This document shows, piece by piece, positions 20,988-31,115 of a DNA stretch of 64,000 nucleotides. The position numbers were made by a program, and so were the translations under genes. The notes under the pieces are model-generated. The model saw nothing but the letters and a program-made list of their open reading frames with translations, made no database searches and was not told the DNA's origin. The first letter of the stretch is position 1. Each line of letters begins with the position of its first letter. The stretch is from Acidimicrobiales bacterium (GTDB lineage Bacteria; Actinomycetota; Acidimicrobiia; Acidimicrobiales; Bog-793), in NCBI GenBank assembly GCA_050012675.1, contig JBEKGS010000009.1, forward strand, positions 1,329 to 65,328. Direction: 5' to 3'.

Positions 20988-22712
20988 TCAGGGCGCGGCG
21001 ACATCAATGAGCGCGAACTTCATCACATCGACAAGACCCCTGTCGGTGATGCGCAGCTCGGGGAGCACCGACAGGCCGAGGAAGCTCAGCTGCATGAACG
21101 GCGAGTCGATCGTCACGCCGAGACCTTGAGATGCGGCGTCGGCCAGGAGCCGCACCTGTCTCGCAACTTCCTCGATGCTCTGGTCGCTCATGAGCCCGCC
21201 TATGGGCAGGCGGACCTCGGCCAGCACCCGCCCGTCTCGAACGGCGACCTGGCCGCCGCCGATCTCGGCGAGCCGGGCGATGGCGACGGCCATCTCGGAA
21301 GGGCCGGACCCGCCGATGGCCCCGACCACCATGCAGTTGTGGGCGTCATGGGCGACCGTCGATGCGATGGCGCCGCGGGTGAGCCCGAAGCCGTGCACGT
21401 ACCCGAGGCCGATCCGGCCCGTGTACCTGTGCCGCTCGACGACCGCGATGCGCGCCACTTCTGTCGAGGCGTCGGTCACGTCGAGCACGAGATCGCGGGT
21501 CGTGAGCGATCGCGACTCGACGCCGATCACCCGGGCACGGCCTTTTGCCGGTGGCCGCAGGTCGAAGGCCTGAGGTCCCGGGAGGGACTCGAGGTGGACC
21601 GAGGCGCGCATCCACTGAGGGGCGCTCGCGTTCGGCACGGCACCGGGGACTATGACGCCGTTCTCGGCCACCAACCTGCCTGCCTGCCACACCTTTGCCG
21701 GTTCGAAGCCCGACAGGTTGTCGAAGCAGAGCACGTCGGCCTGGTAGCCGGGAGCCAGCCAGCCCAAGTGGTCGAAACGGTAGTAGTCGGCCGGGTTGCT
21801 CGTCACCATCACGAGGGCGTCCTCGGCGCTCACGCCGGCCGCCACCGCCAGACGCGCGCAGTCGTTGACGTGCCCCGAGTGCAGCAGCGTGTCAGGTTCC
21901 CTGTCGTCGGTGCACAGCGCTATCCGGTCGGTGCCGTGGCGGAGCACGGTCCCGACAAGAGCGGCGAGGTTGCGTGAGGCCGAGCCCTCGCGAATGAAGA
22001 TCCACATGCCTTTGCGGCGCTTCTCCTCGGCCTCGTCGAGATCCGTGCACTCATGGTCGGACTCGACACCGGCGGCGAGGTAGGCGTCGAGCCCGCGGCC
22101 CACCACGCCGGGAGCGTGACCGTCGACCCGCTTGCCGCCGGCGGCGGCGATCTTGGCCAGAACCTCCGGGTCGCCGTTTATGACGCCCGGGAAGTTCATG
22201 ACCTCAGCGATTCCGATCGCCCCGTGCTTTTCGAGGAGCTCGTTGAGCTCGATGCTCGAGAACTCGGCGGCCGGGCTTTCGAACTGGGAGGCGGGCACGC
22301 AGCTCGGGGCGGAGATGCCGAAGGTGAACGGGAGCCTGCCCGAGGCTTCGGCCAAAGCGACGATGCCGGGGACGCCGAAGACGTTCGCGATCTCGTGGGG
22401 GTCCGCGGCGACCGCGGTGGTCCCGTGAGGCAGCACGGCACGAACGAACTCGTCCACCCAGAGCTTGGTGGACTCGAGATGCATGTGGACGTCGACGAAG
22501 GCGGCCGTCAGGGCCGCGCCGCTCACGTCGAGTGTCTCGCGCGCCTCACGGGGACCCCAGCCTGCGACGGTCCCGTCGGCAATGGCGAGGTCGGTGGCAA
22601 TCCATTCCCTCGTGCCGGGCACAAAGACCCGGCCTCCTTTTAGCAGAAGGTCCGCAGGCTCGTCACCGCGCGCGACCGCGAGGACTCGTGGACTTCCCCG
22701 ACGCGCCGGCAC
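20988..22712 (-). CDS. ade: Adenine deaminase
   Basis: HMHLES, DPHEIAN, DGHAP, SDHE, REGS, CTDD and AHDAHN motifs. Confidence 0.92.
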   Translation of the reverse strand: MPARRGSPRVLAVARGDEPADLLLKGGRVFVPGTREWIATDLAIADGTVAGWGPREARETLDVSGAALTAAFVDVHMHLESTKLWVDEFVRAVLPHGTTAVAADPHEIANVFGVPGIVALAEASGRLPFTFGISAPSCVPASQFESPAAEFSSIELNELLEKHGAIGIAEVMNFPGVINGDPEVLAKIAAAGGKRVDGHAPGVVGRGLDAYLAAGVESDHECTDLDEAEEKRRKGMWIFIREGSASRNLAALVGTVLRHGTDRIALCTDDREPDTLLHSGHVNDCARLAVAAGVSAEDALVMVTSNPADYYRFDHLGWLAPGYQADVLCFDNLSGFEPAKVWQAGRLVAENGVIVPGAVPNASAPQWMRASVHLESLPGPQAFDLRPPAKGRARVIGVESRSLTTRDLVLDVTDASTEVARIAVVERHRYTGRIGLGYVHGFGLTRGAIASTVAHDAHNCMVVGAIGGSGPSEMAVAIARLAEIGGGQVAVRDGRVLAEVRLPIGGLMSDQSIEEVARQVRLLADAASQGLGVTIDSPFMQLSFLGLSVLPELRITDRGLVDVMKFALIDVAAP

Positions 22713-22721
22713 CGGAGCATC

Positions 22722-23405
22722 TTACGGTGCAGACCTGGCTGCGGGTCCAGCCAGGCCGCCTTTGGCTTCCGAAGCGCTAGGTATTTCTACCTTCGGCGCT
22801 TCCAGCTCGGTGAGCCAAGCCTCGGCATGCCCCTTCGCCCACGAACGCGAGATCCGCCCGTTGAACATTGAGAAGAGCTGCTCCGGCTTTGACACTGCGA
22901 AGGCGACGTGGGCGACCACGGCCACGACGATCCCGAAGAACAGAGCGTCGTGGACAAGGGTGGCCCCTGTCGCCCAGGTGATCCACGACGAAGGCGCAAA
23001 GCGCATGATGACGCCGGTGACGAGCGCGGCAACCATGGCGGCGCCGAGGAAGGCGGCCTCGATCTTCTGGCCTCCGTTGAACTTGTCCCGGGCGAGACCC
23101 GAGCGACGCGTGGCGGTCCTGAACCAGTCGAAGTCCGAGGGCCGCCAGCGGTCCAGTCGGCGCAGGTCGCTCACAAGTCGCTTGCGCCAGGGCCCGGCGA
23201 GCCCGAGCGCCAAAGGCCCGAGCAGGCAAAGACCGGTGATGACGTGAATGTTCTCGACCAGGCCCCGATGTCCGACGTGAAGGGCCAGCGCCGGGAGATA
23301 GAGGATCGCGCCGGTGACGATCAGGATCAGCATCATGATCGCCGTGCTCCAATGCACCAAGCGCTCGACAACGTCGAAGCGCGCGAGCTCCGAATCAGGG
23401 GTCAT
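22722..23405 (-). CDS. Cytochrome b/b6-domain membrane protein (formate dehydrogenase gamma-like)
   Basis: ERLVHW and KFNGGQK; TM helices carrying His ligands. Confidence 0.8.
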   Translation of the reverse strand: MTPDSELARFDVVERLVHWSTAIMMLILIVTGAILYLPALALHVGHRGLVENIHVITGLCLLGPLALGLAGPWRKRLVSDLRRLDRWRPSDFDWFRTATRRSGLARDKFNGGQKIEAAFLGAAMVAALVTGVIMRFAPSSWITWATGATLVHDALFFGIVVAVVAHVAFAVSKPEQLFSMFNGRISRSWAKGHAEAWLTELEAPKVEIPSASEAKGGLAGPAARSAP

Positions 23406-23430
23406 TTCCCGGGCCGTTTCTTCGAAAGCC

Positions 23431-24162
23431 TCAGGGGACGACGCTCACCGGCGCCGAGCCGCCGATCCAGGCGTCGGCCGGGTAGCCCTCGTCCTCCCAG
23501 TACCCGTCGACCACCTTGTTGGTGACCTCGATCCGGTTCAGCCACTTGATGGACTTGTAGCCGTACATGGGCGCGACGTAGAGCCGGACGGGACCACCGT
23601 GGTCGGTCGTGACATTGGTGCCGAGCATCTTGTCGGCCACGAGGACGTCGGGGAGGTGCGCCTGGGTGAGCGTGAGGCTCTCGGTGTACAGGCCGTCGGC
23701 CGAGAAGAACCTCAACGCACTGGCCTCGGAGGTCACCCCGGCGCGTTCGAGCACGTCGGAAAGTCGCACTCCCTCCCAGTGCACGTCCGGCACGACCCAG
23801 CCCGTCACGCACTGGAACTGATGGACGAGACTTGTCCGCTTCATCGACCTGAGGTCGGCGAGGCTGAGCCGGAGCGGCTGGTCGACCATGCCGTCGACGG
23901 TGAGCTTGTAGGTGTCGGCGGGAACGACCGGATAACCGTTGGTCACCGTGTAGTAACGGAACTCGTCGTCCCCGGGCAACGGGACACCGATGGCGTTGCT
24001 CACAGCGCTGCTCACACCGCCAAGGGCGCCGTCGATCTTCTTGCCGGCGACGATGCCGATGCCTGCCAGACCGAGTATCCCGAGCACGGTCCGACGTCCG
24101 ACGTGGACCGTGCTCGATCCAGGACCGGCACGCCCCGACGATTGCTGCGACTCCTCGGCCAT
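23431..24162 (-). CDS. Molybdopterin-dependent oxidoreductase, sulfite oxidase / MsrP family
   Basis: Twin-arginine-like GRRTVL, FQCVTGW, HGGPVRL and GYKSIKW. Confidence 0.85.
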   Translation of the reverse strand: MAEESQQSSGRAGPGSSTVHVGRRTVLGILGLAGIGIVAGKKIDGALGGVSSAVSNAIGVPLPGDDEFRYYTVTNGYPVVPADTYKLTVDGMVDQPLRLSLADLRSMKRTSLVHQFQCVTGWVVPDVHWEGVRLSDVLERAGVTSEASALRFFSADGLYTESLTLTQAHLPDVLVADKMLGTNVTTDHGGPVRLYVAPMYGYKSIKWLNRIEVTNKVVDGYWEDEGYPADAWIGGSAPVSVVP

Positions 24163-24227
24163 TGAACACCCCCACTTGCCATCCGCCCCACCGGCTCGCA
24201 GTACTGTCCGCTGTCGGCCCCTCCGCG

Positions 24228-25136
24228 TTACATCGTAGGTCCGGGACCCGCGATCTCGACCGCGCCCGACGAAAGGGGGGCCGCGCGAGGCCGCCTTCGG
24301 GTCGCGAGGACCGAGCCTGCGATAACCAGCGGGAAGCCGAGACCGAGGCCGATCGTGAAGGGCTCGCCGAGCAGGGCGACGCCCAGGACGAGGGCCACCG
24401 CCGGGTTCACGTAGGTGACGACGACCACCCGCACCGGGCCGATCTCGTTGATGAGGGCGAAGAACACGATGAACCCGCTAAGGGTCGGCACGACCGCAAG
24501 GCCGATCACCGACCAGGTCACCTCGGCTGACATGTGGGCCGGGAGGTTGGAGAGCGCAAAGGGCGCGTAGACGACGGCGGCCACGGCAAGCGAGCCGGCC
24601 ACCACGGAAAGGTTCGGGAGGTCGGACAGGTAGCGGTTGAAGATCCGCGGCCCTACGGCATAGCCGACGACGGGAACGAGCATGGCCGCGATCGGCCACA
24701 CCGTGGCTCCGCGGACGTCGACACCGACCAGCAGCGCCACGCCACCGAGACCGACGAGGAGCCCGCCGATCTGGGTGCGGTCAAAGCGGTCCTCGTCCCC
24801 GCTCAACCTGGAGATCAGGGCCCCCACGAGCGGCGCCGCGGCGATGAGCAGTCCGGCGAGGGAACTCGACAGGCGCTCTTCGGCACGAAAGAGCATGAGC
24901 CACGAGAGGAGGATCTCTGCTGCGGTGTAGGCGAGCAACGGCCGCCAGCGCCGGATCAGTGCGGGCACCTGTCCCCGCAGGGCCACCACCGGCGCCAGTG
25001 CCAAGGCCACGGGCGCCGTGCGGAAGAAGATGAGCGTCGAGGGCGCTACCTCGCGCACCGAGATGCGTATCAGCAGGTAAGGCACGCCCCAGATGACGCT
25101 GAGGGCCGCGAAGAGCAGCCAGGCGCGCCTCGACAC
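24228..25136 (-). CDS. DMT/EamA family transporter
   Basis: About 10 TM helices; IWG and YVNPAVA motifs. Confidence 0.85.
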   Translation of the reverse strand: MSRRAWLLFAALSVIWGVPYLLIRISVREVAPSTLIFFRTAPVALALAPVVALRGQVPALIRRWRPLLAYTAAEILLSWLMLFRAEERLSSSLAGLLIAAAPLVGALISRLSGDEDRFDRTQIGGLLVGLGGVALLVGVDVRGATVWPIAAMLVPVVGYAVGPRIFNRYLSDLPNLSVVAGSLAVAAVVYAPFALSNLPAHMSAEVTWSVIGLAVVPTLSGFIVFFALINEIGPVRVVVVTYVNPAVALVLGVALLGEPFTIGLGLGFPLVIAGSVLATRRRPRAAPLSSGAVEIAGPGPTM

Positions 25137-25178
25137 AGCAAGGACCGTAATACCTCGGCGAGCACGCGCCGAATCGGG

Positions 25179-26618
25179 CTAATGAACGGGGGGCAGGAGA
25201 ACGCCGGGGTTGAGTATTCCCTCCGGGTCGAGAGCGTTCTTGACTCTGCGCATGACCTCGAGGTCGCCGGGCGAGCGAGCCTCAGTGACGAAGTCGCGCT
25301 TCGCGACGCCGACTCCGTGCTCGGCGCTGATGGACCCGCCGCGCTGAGTGACCATGCGGAACACGGCATCGTCGGCCCGGTAGTCCTCGGGCTCGGGGCC
25401 GATGATGTTGACGTGCAGGTTGCCGTCACCGACGTGCCCGAACATGACGACCCTCGTGTCCCTGGCGCCACCGAGGGCGGCTGAGATCGCGGGCCGGACG
25501 GCACCGGCGAACTCGGCGAGGGCCTTCAAGGGCAGGGTCAGGTCGAGCTTGTGCGGCACCCCTATGGTGGCGATCGCCTCGGTGTGACGCTCGCGGTAGG
25601 CCCATAGCCGGGCGCGGGCCGCGGCGTGGTCGCCGACGGCGATCTCGGTGACACCGGGGGCGTCCTCGACGGCGTCTGCGAGCATGCCCGTCGGGTCCTG
25701 CCCGCCGCAGGCCTCGACGAGGAGCCAGGCGTCCGCGTCCTTGCCCGGTGGGGCGGGAAGGCCGGTCGCTTCCCGGACGAGCGCCATGCCTTCGCGAAAT
25801 ACGAGCTCCAGCGCCTCGATGCCGTCCACGCGCCGGCGCAGCCGGGCCGCCAGGGCGAGCGCGACCTGTGATACGGAGCGGACGCGCTCGTCCGGGTCGG
25901 GAGAGCAGTGCCCGGCCCCCTCGAGGCCGATCAGGGCCGTGACACGGAACAGGGGAGCCGGGACCAGGTGGAGGACGACCTTTGTGACCACGCCGAGAGT
26001 GCCTTCGCTTCCGGCGATCAACTGGGCCAGGTCGTAGCCGACGTTGTCCTTCACGAGACCCGACAGGCGGCTGGCAACGGTGCCGTCGGCGAGAACGACC
26101 TCGAGACCGCCGAGGCGGGCGCGCATCGGGCCGTGGCGGATGACGTGGATGCCGCCCGCGTTGGTGGCGACCATGCCGCCGAGAGTCGCGGAGTCGCGCG
26201 CCGCGAGGTCGATGCCCAGCTCGGCGTGCACACCGGCTGCGGCCGCTTGGGCCGCGGCCAGTGTCGTGCCGGCCTCTGCCACGAGCAGGCCCTCGTCGCC
26301 GTCGCAGCTGATGACGCGACCAAGGCGGGTGAGGCTCAGCACGACCTCGCCGTTGCGGGGCACCGAGCCGCCCACGAGTCCTGTGTTGCCTCCTTGGGGG
26401 ACCACACCGAGGTGGAACCGGTTGCAGGCTTGCAGCACCTTGGCGACTTCGGCGGTGTCGGCGGGCCGGACGACGACAAGGGCCGGTCCACCGAAGCGTC
26501 TCGTCCAGTCGAGCTCGTAGGAGGCTTTGAGATCCGGGTCGCTGAGGCAGTTGTCGGGCCCCACGGCATCGTTCAAGGCAGCCAGGAAGCCTTCGGGTCC
26601 CTGTAGGGGGTCGGCCAT
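25179..26618 (-). CDS. FAD-linked oxidoreductase (D-2-hydroxyacid dehydrogenase / GlcD family)
   Basis: PQGGNTG, GSEGTLG, GHVGDGNLH and SAEHGVG motifs. Confidence 0.88.
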   Translation of the reverse strand: MADPLQGPEGFLAALNDAVGPDNCLSDPDLKASYELDWTRRFGGPALVVVRPADTAEVAKVLQACNRFHLGVVPQGGNTGLVGGSVPRNGEVVLSLTRLGRVISCDGDEGLLVAEAGTTLAAAQAAAAGVHAELGIDLAARDSATLGGMVATNAGGIHVIRHGPMRARLGGLEVVLADGTVASRLSGLVKDNVGYDLAQLIAGSEGTLGVVTKVVLHLVPAPLFRVTALIGLEGAGHCSPDPDERVRSVSQVALALAARLRRRVDGIEALELVFREGMALVREATGLPAPPGKDADAWLLVEACGGQDPTGMLADAVEDAPGVTEIAVGDHAAARARLWAYRERHTEAIATIGVPHKLDLTLPLKALAEFAGAVRPAISAALGGARDTRVVMFGHVGDGNLHVNIIGPEPEDYRADDAVFRMVTQRGGSISAEHGVGVAKRDFVTEARSPGDLEVMRRVKNALDPEGILNPGVLLPPVH

Positions 26619-26715
26619 GAGGCGATCTTCTCACGGCTGGCGAGCCCGTCCCCGTTAGGTTGTCGACCGTGGGCGGCGACCGGACCGCAGAGCGCGCCTT
26701 GCAAGGTCACGCGCC

Positions 26716-27912
26716 GTGAGCCAGCTGCCGGGCGTAGCAGATGCCGGCGCTCGGCCGCCTCGGTGGCCGGCGACGCTCGGTGAGGTGGCGACCTCGTATC
26801 TCCGCCTGGGCACGACAGCATTCGGCGGACCCGCTTCGCACATCGCGATGATGCGCTCCGAGCTCGTCATGCGCAGGCACTGGGTGAGCGAGCAGGACCT
26901 CCTCGATTTCATCGGGGCCGCGAGCCTGCTTCCTGGGCCGACCTCGACCGAGGTCGCCCTCATGTTGGCCCGCCGCCGGCGAGGTTGGGCGGGCCTGCTT
27001 GTCGGGGGCAGCTGTTTCATCATCCCGTCGATGCTTCTCGTGCTGGTCCTTTCCTGGGCTTACGTGCGTTACGGGACGACGCAGGCGGGCACCGGCGTGC
27101 TGTTCGGCGTCAAGCCGGTGGTCGTGGCCATCATCGCCAGCGCGATGGTGGGATTGGCGAGGACCGCCGTCAAACGCCTCGTTCTCGCTCTGGTCGGCGG
27201 CGCCTGCCTTGTGGCGTACTTTCTGGGCGTCGGCCCGCTGGCGATCCTTCTCGGCGCCGCTCTCGTCGTCACTCTCGCCGACAACGGCCGCACGCTGTTA
27301 CGAGGCGCCCCGGGTGGCGCGGCTATCGCCGTTCCGGTGCTTGCCAGGCTGAACCTCCAGGCCCACGCGGGATCCCGGAATTTCGCGCGGGCCTCGCTCG
27401 TGGCGGTGTTCCTCGAGTTCTTGAAGCTCGGCGCCATCGTCTTCGGGTCCGGCTACGTGCTCGTCTCGTATCTCCACGGCGATCTCGTTCTCGGCAACCA
27501 TTGGCTGACACAGTCGCAGCTGCTGGCGACAGTGGCCATCGGGCAGGTGACCCCGGGGCCGGTGTTCACGACGGCGACCTCGATCGGCTATCTGGTCGGT
27601 GGCCTGCCCGGTGCCTTGCTCGCCACTCTGGCCATCTTCCTGCCGTCGTTCGTGCTCGTCGCCGCCCTCATGCCCTTTTTGGGACGCGCGAGGCGCTCGG
27701 TGTGGAGCGCGTCGGCTCTCGACGGGGTCAATGTCGCCGCCGTGGCCCTCATGACCGGCGTCAGCGTGCAACTCGGCCGAGCAAGCCTGGTCGACTGGGT
27801 CACTGTGCTCACCGGATTGTGCAGTCTGGGACTGATCCTGCGGTGGCGGGTGAACGCGACTTGGCTCGTTCTCGCAGGCGCGGGCGTCGGCCTCTTGCAC
27901 GCTTTGGCCTGA
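26716..27912 (+). CDS. chrA: Chromate efflux transporter (CHR family)
   Basis: AFGGP, LPGP, FGSGY and TPGP motifs in two homologous halves. Confidence 0.9.
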   Translation: MSQLPGVADAGARPPRWPATLGEVATSYLRLGTTAFGGPASHIAMMRSELVMRRHWVSEQDLLDFIGAASLLPGPTSTEVALMLARRRRGWAGLLVGGSCFIIPSMLLVLVLSWAYVRYGTTQAGTGVLFGVKPVVVAIIASAMVGLARTAVKRLVLALVGGACLVAYFLGVGPLAILLGAALVVTLADNGRTLLRGAPGGAAIAVPVLARLNLQAHAGSRNFARASLVAVFLEFLKLGAIVFGSGYVLVSYLHGDLVLGNHWLTQSQLLATVAIGQVTPGPVFTTATSIGYLVGGLPGALLATLAIFLPSFVLVAALMPFLGRARRSVWSASALDGVNVAAVALMTGVSVQLGRASLVDWVTVLTGLCSLGLILRWRVNATWLVLAGAGVGLLHALA

Positions 27913-27949
27913 GACCGGCCCGGCCGGCTCGCTGGCCACTGGTTGATCG

Positions 27950-28378
27950 TCAAAGAGTGCCGACGGACGCGAGCAGGTCCCGGTCGTGCGAGTAGCTGAG
28001 CAGGGCTGGGGCGTCTGCGAGCGACGGCCAGCGGAGCTCGTCAACTTCTGCGGTGGGCTCGAAAGCACCCGCGACAGGCTGCATGAGCCAGTAGGAGACG
28101 ACCTTCAGGCGGCCCCGGCGATCGGCGTACTCGACCTGGCCGACGAACCTGCCGAGGTGGCAGCTGAAGCCCGTTTCCTCGCGCACCTCCCTGAGAGCGC
28201 ACTCGGTGGCGGTCTCGTCGAGCTCGAGCTTGCCCTTGGGCAGCGACCAGTCGAGGTGCTCGGGGCGGTGCACGACGGCGACCTCCCAACCGCCCGAGTC
28301 GCCGGCGCGAAGGACGATCCCTCCCGCGGCGTGCACGACATCGGGGCCGGCGGGCCCGCCAGGCGGTGGCTCGCTCAT
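27950..28378 (-). CDS. NUDIX hydrolase
   Basis: Nudix box GKLELDETATECALREVREETG and DWSLPKG; ATG at 28378 (the 771-aa ORF call is an antisense extension). Confidence 0.9.
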   Translation of the reverse strand: MSEPPPGGPAGPDVVHAAGGIVLRAGDSGGWEVAVVHRPEHLDWSLPKGKLELDETATECALREVREETGFSCHLGRFVGQVEYADRRGRLKVVSYWLMQPVAGAFEPTAEVDELRWPSLADAPALLSYSHDRDLLASVGTL

Positions 28379-28441
28379 AGGCCCGACGGTAACCGATGGC
28401 GCCCTGAAGGAATCTCGTCCTATGCGGCTAGCTTGTATCCC

Positions 28442-30358
28442 ATGTCCGCACCAGGGGAGTCTCGAACGGACATCGAGGTCGAGTGGCAGCTCGACGCCCT
28501 CGACCTGCGGCCGGTCGAACGCTGGCTGGCCTTGCGCACAGGTCTTACGACCCTTGTCGAGCCGGTCCTGGGACTCGGGATCGTCCCGGGCGCACCCAAG
28601 CGGCTTGTCGACGACTATGTGGACACCGAGGACTGGCGGATGGGCCGGGCCGGTTACGTCCTTCGCGTGAGAAGGCGTGCAGGGCGCTTGGAGGCGACGC
28701 TCAAGGACCTCGCCACCGCTACGAAAGGACTGCGCCGCCGCCTCGAGGTGACCCAACCTCTGCCCGCGTCCGGCCTGTTGGGCCTTGACCGCACGGGCGA
28801 GGTCGGGTGGCGTGTGGACGCCCTCGTCGGAGCGCGTGACTTGAACCAGGTGCTCGAAGTGCGGACTCGGCGCCGGCCTTTCGATCTCACGATCCACGGT
28901 GAGAAGATCGGTGAGCTCGCGTTGGACGACACCGTCATCGCGATCGGCCATGAGCGACGACGGCTCCGCCTGACTCGCGTCGAGGTTGAGGTGCGGCCTG
29001 CGTGGGTGGATGCGATGCAACCGTTCGTGGAGAGGTTGCGACGCGAGTGCGGCCTTCAGCCGGCAACCCTCTCCAAGTTCGAGGCCGGCCTGATGGCGGC
29101 CGGGATCAGCATCCCGGGACTGCCTGATCTCGGGCCGATCGCCGTGTCTGCGGACTCGACCCTCGGCGAGCTCGCCTACCGGGTGTTGCGCCGGGAGGCA
29201 TCGGCGATGCTCGCCCACGTGCCCGGCACCCGCCTCGGGGAGGACATCGAGTCGCTCCACCAGATGAGGGTGGCGACGAGGCGGATGCGGGCCGGGATGG
29301 AGATGTTCGCCACGGTTCTCCCCGTCAGGGCTCAGCGCCTGCGTGCCGAGCTGGGCTGGCTGGCGGCGCTGCTCGGCGAGGTGCGCGACCTGGACATCCA
29401 GCTCGGCCGTTTCGACGACTGGACCGAGGAGATGCCGGGCGATCATCGCGAGGCCCTGGACGAGCTGGCCGACCTGCTCGCCGGCCACCGCGTGCTGGCG
29501 AGAAGGGCCCTGCTCGAGGCCCTGGACTCGCGGCGCTACGAGCGGCTCGTGAGCGGACTCGTGGCCATGCTCGCACAGGGTCCCTCGCCACGTTCTGTCG
29601 CGTGCCGCGTCCCTGCGGTGACGGCCATGCCGACACTGATCTGCGAGAGGCACAGTGCGGCCAGGAAGGCTGCCGGACGGGCCAAGCGGTCGGGGGTGGC
29701 GGCCGACTACCACCGGCTGCGTATCCGCGCCAAGAGGCTCCGTTACTCGCTCGAGTTCGCCACGGGCCTTTACAACGGTGAATTGAAGGGCTTCATCCGC
29801 CAGATGACGCGGCTGCAAGATGCCCTCGGCTCCATGCAGGATGCCGCCGTCGCCTCCTCGCGCCTCGAGGCGATCGCCCTCACCGAGGAGGGTGCCTCGC
29901 TTTCGCGTGCCGCCGTCTTCGCCATGGGTGGTGTCGCCAGGCAGTACCGCATCGAGGCCGAGCATCTCCTCGACGGCATGCCCGAGCTTGTCAAGCTGCT
30001 GAAGGGCAAGGAATGGAAACGGGCCAGGTCCTTGATGGAGCTGCGCCTGAAGGCTGCGACGCCCCTCGTCGGCCCGCTCGGGACAGCCACCGGCGCCCGG
30101 GGGGACTACCTGGCGGGCCGTGCGCGTCCGGCGCTTTCCCCCCCCGCCCTGGGCGCTTTTTCCGCGCCGCCCCCGGGACCTGTCCCCGAGCGGTCGCCTG
30201 AGGCCGAGACGGGCTCCACGGCCGGCGCGCCGGGCGGGGAGACCCCACCTGCCCCGGACGGCCAAGCAAAGCAGACAGACGAGGCAGGGCCTTCGGAGCT
30301 GCCGGCGCCGAACGGCTCGACGATCACACCGATCCGCCGTCAGGTTGCTCCCGGCTGA
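28442..30358 (+). CDS. CYTH + CHAD domain protein with Pro-rich tail
   Basis: EVEWQ, YVDT, LRVR, EVEVE and SKFE (CYTH); HQMRVATRR, RDLD, HRLRIRAKRLRY and LQDALG (CHAD). Confidence 0.88.
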   Translation: MSAPGESRTDIEVEWQLDALDLRPVERWLALRTGLTTLVEPVLGLGIVPGAPKRLVDDYVDTEDWRMGRAGYVLRVRRRAGRLEATLKDLATATKGLRRRLEVTQPLPASGLLGLDRTGEVGWRVDALVGARDLNQVLEVRTRRRPFDLTIHGEKIGELALDDTVIAIGHERRRLRLTRVEVEVRPAWVDAMQPFVERLRRECGLQPATLSKFEAGLMAAGISIPGLPDLGPIAVSADSTLGELAYRVLRREASAMLAHVPGTRLGEDIESLHQMRVATRRMRAGMEMFATVLPVRAQRLRAELGWLAALLGEVRDLDIQLGRFDDWTEEMPGDHREALDELADLLAGHRVLARRALLEALDSRRYERLVSGLVAMLAQGPSPRSVACRVPAVTAMPTLICERHSAARKAAGRAKRSGVAADYHRLRIRAKRLRYSLEFATGLYNGELKGFIRQMTRLQDALGSMQDAAVASSRLEAIALTEEGASLSRAAVFAMGGVARQYRIEAEHLLDGMPELVKLLKGKEWKRARSLMELRLKAATPLVGPLGTATGARGDYLAGRARPALSPPALGAFSAPPPGPVPERSPEAETGSTAGAPGGETPPAPDGQAKQTDEAGPSELPAPNGSTITPIRRQVAPG

Positions 30359-31115
30359 GGCGATCCGGATCGGCTCGCCCGGCTACCCGGCCGGGCTGGC
30401 TTGCATTCCCTCGCCTCCTGAGATCCTTTGGGTAAAAGGTGTGCCGCCACCTGAGGGCACCGTGGCCATAGTGGGCACGCGCCACCCGACGCGCTTTGGG
30501 CGCGACGTGGCGCAAAGGGCCGCCCGAGTGGCCGTCACCTCGGGGCTCGGTGTCGTCTCGGGCCTCGCGAGGGGAATCGACACGGTCGCCCACGAGACGG
30601 CGTTGGAGGCGGGTGGCAGCACGTGGGCCGTGCTGGGCTCGGGTGTGGACGTGCCCACGCCGGTCTCCAACAAGGGCCTCGCCGAAGACATCCTCGCTCG
30701 CGGCGGCGGCCTTGTGTCCGAGCTCCCCCCGACTACCCCGGTCAGCCGGTGCAATCTCGTTGCCCGTGACCGCATTCAGTCAGGGCTCTCGCTCGCCGTG
30801 GTCATCTGCCAGTGCGAGACGTCGTCGGGAACCATGCACACCGCCCGCTTTGCCGTGGCACAGGGACGGCCCCTGGTTGTGGTCCGCCCCCGAGGCGACG
30901 ACGCGGCGGTGATGGCGAGCAGCGGCAATGTCGCGCTCGCCGACCCGGGCGGTTGCGACCCCGCGCTCTTGGCGGCGAGGGGAGAGGTGGCCGAGCTGGT
31001 ACGCGCGCGCAGGCCCGTGGCGGACGTCGTCGTCGATGACCCGGAGGAGCTCGCCGAGCTCTTCGGGCGCCTCCTCAGCGCTCAGCGGCGCCGTTCCAGG
31101 AGCCCGCGGATGTAG
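30345..31115 (+). CDS. DprA/SMF (SLOG) Rossmann-domain protein, minimal
   Basis: YPAGL, VAIVGTR, SGLARGIDTVAH, RDRIQSGLS and SGTMHTA; TTG start inferred. Confidence 0.8.
   Translation: MLPAEAIRIGSPGYPAGLACIPSPPEILWVKGVPPPEGTVAIVGTRHPTRFGRDVAQRAARVAVTSGLGVVSGLARGIDTVAHETALEAGGSTWAVLGSGVDVPTPVSNKGLAEDILARGGGLVSELPPTTPVSRCNLVARDRIQSGLSLAVVICQCETSSGTMHTARFAVAQGRPLVVVRPRGDDAAVMASSGNVALADPGGCDPALLAARGEVAELVRARRPVADVVVDDPEELAELFGRLLSAQRRRSRSPRM

Noticed and set aside
28379-30265. Apparent 771-aa NUDIX fusion
   Set aside because: The extension is the antisense of CYTH-CHAD; long shadow frames are common at this GC content
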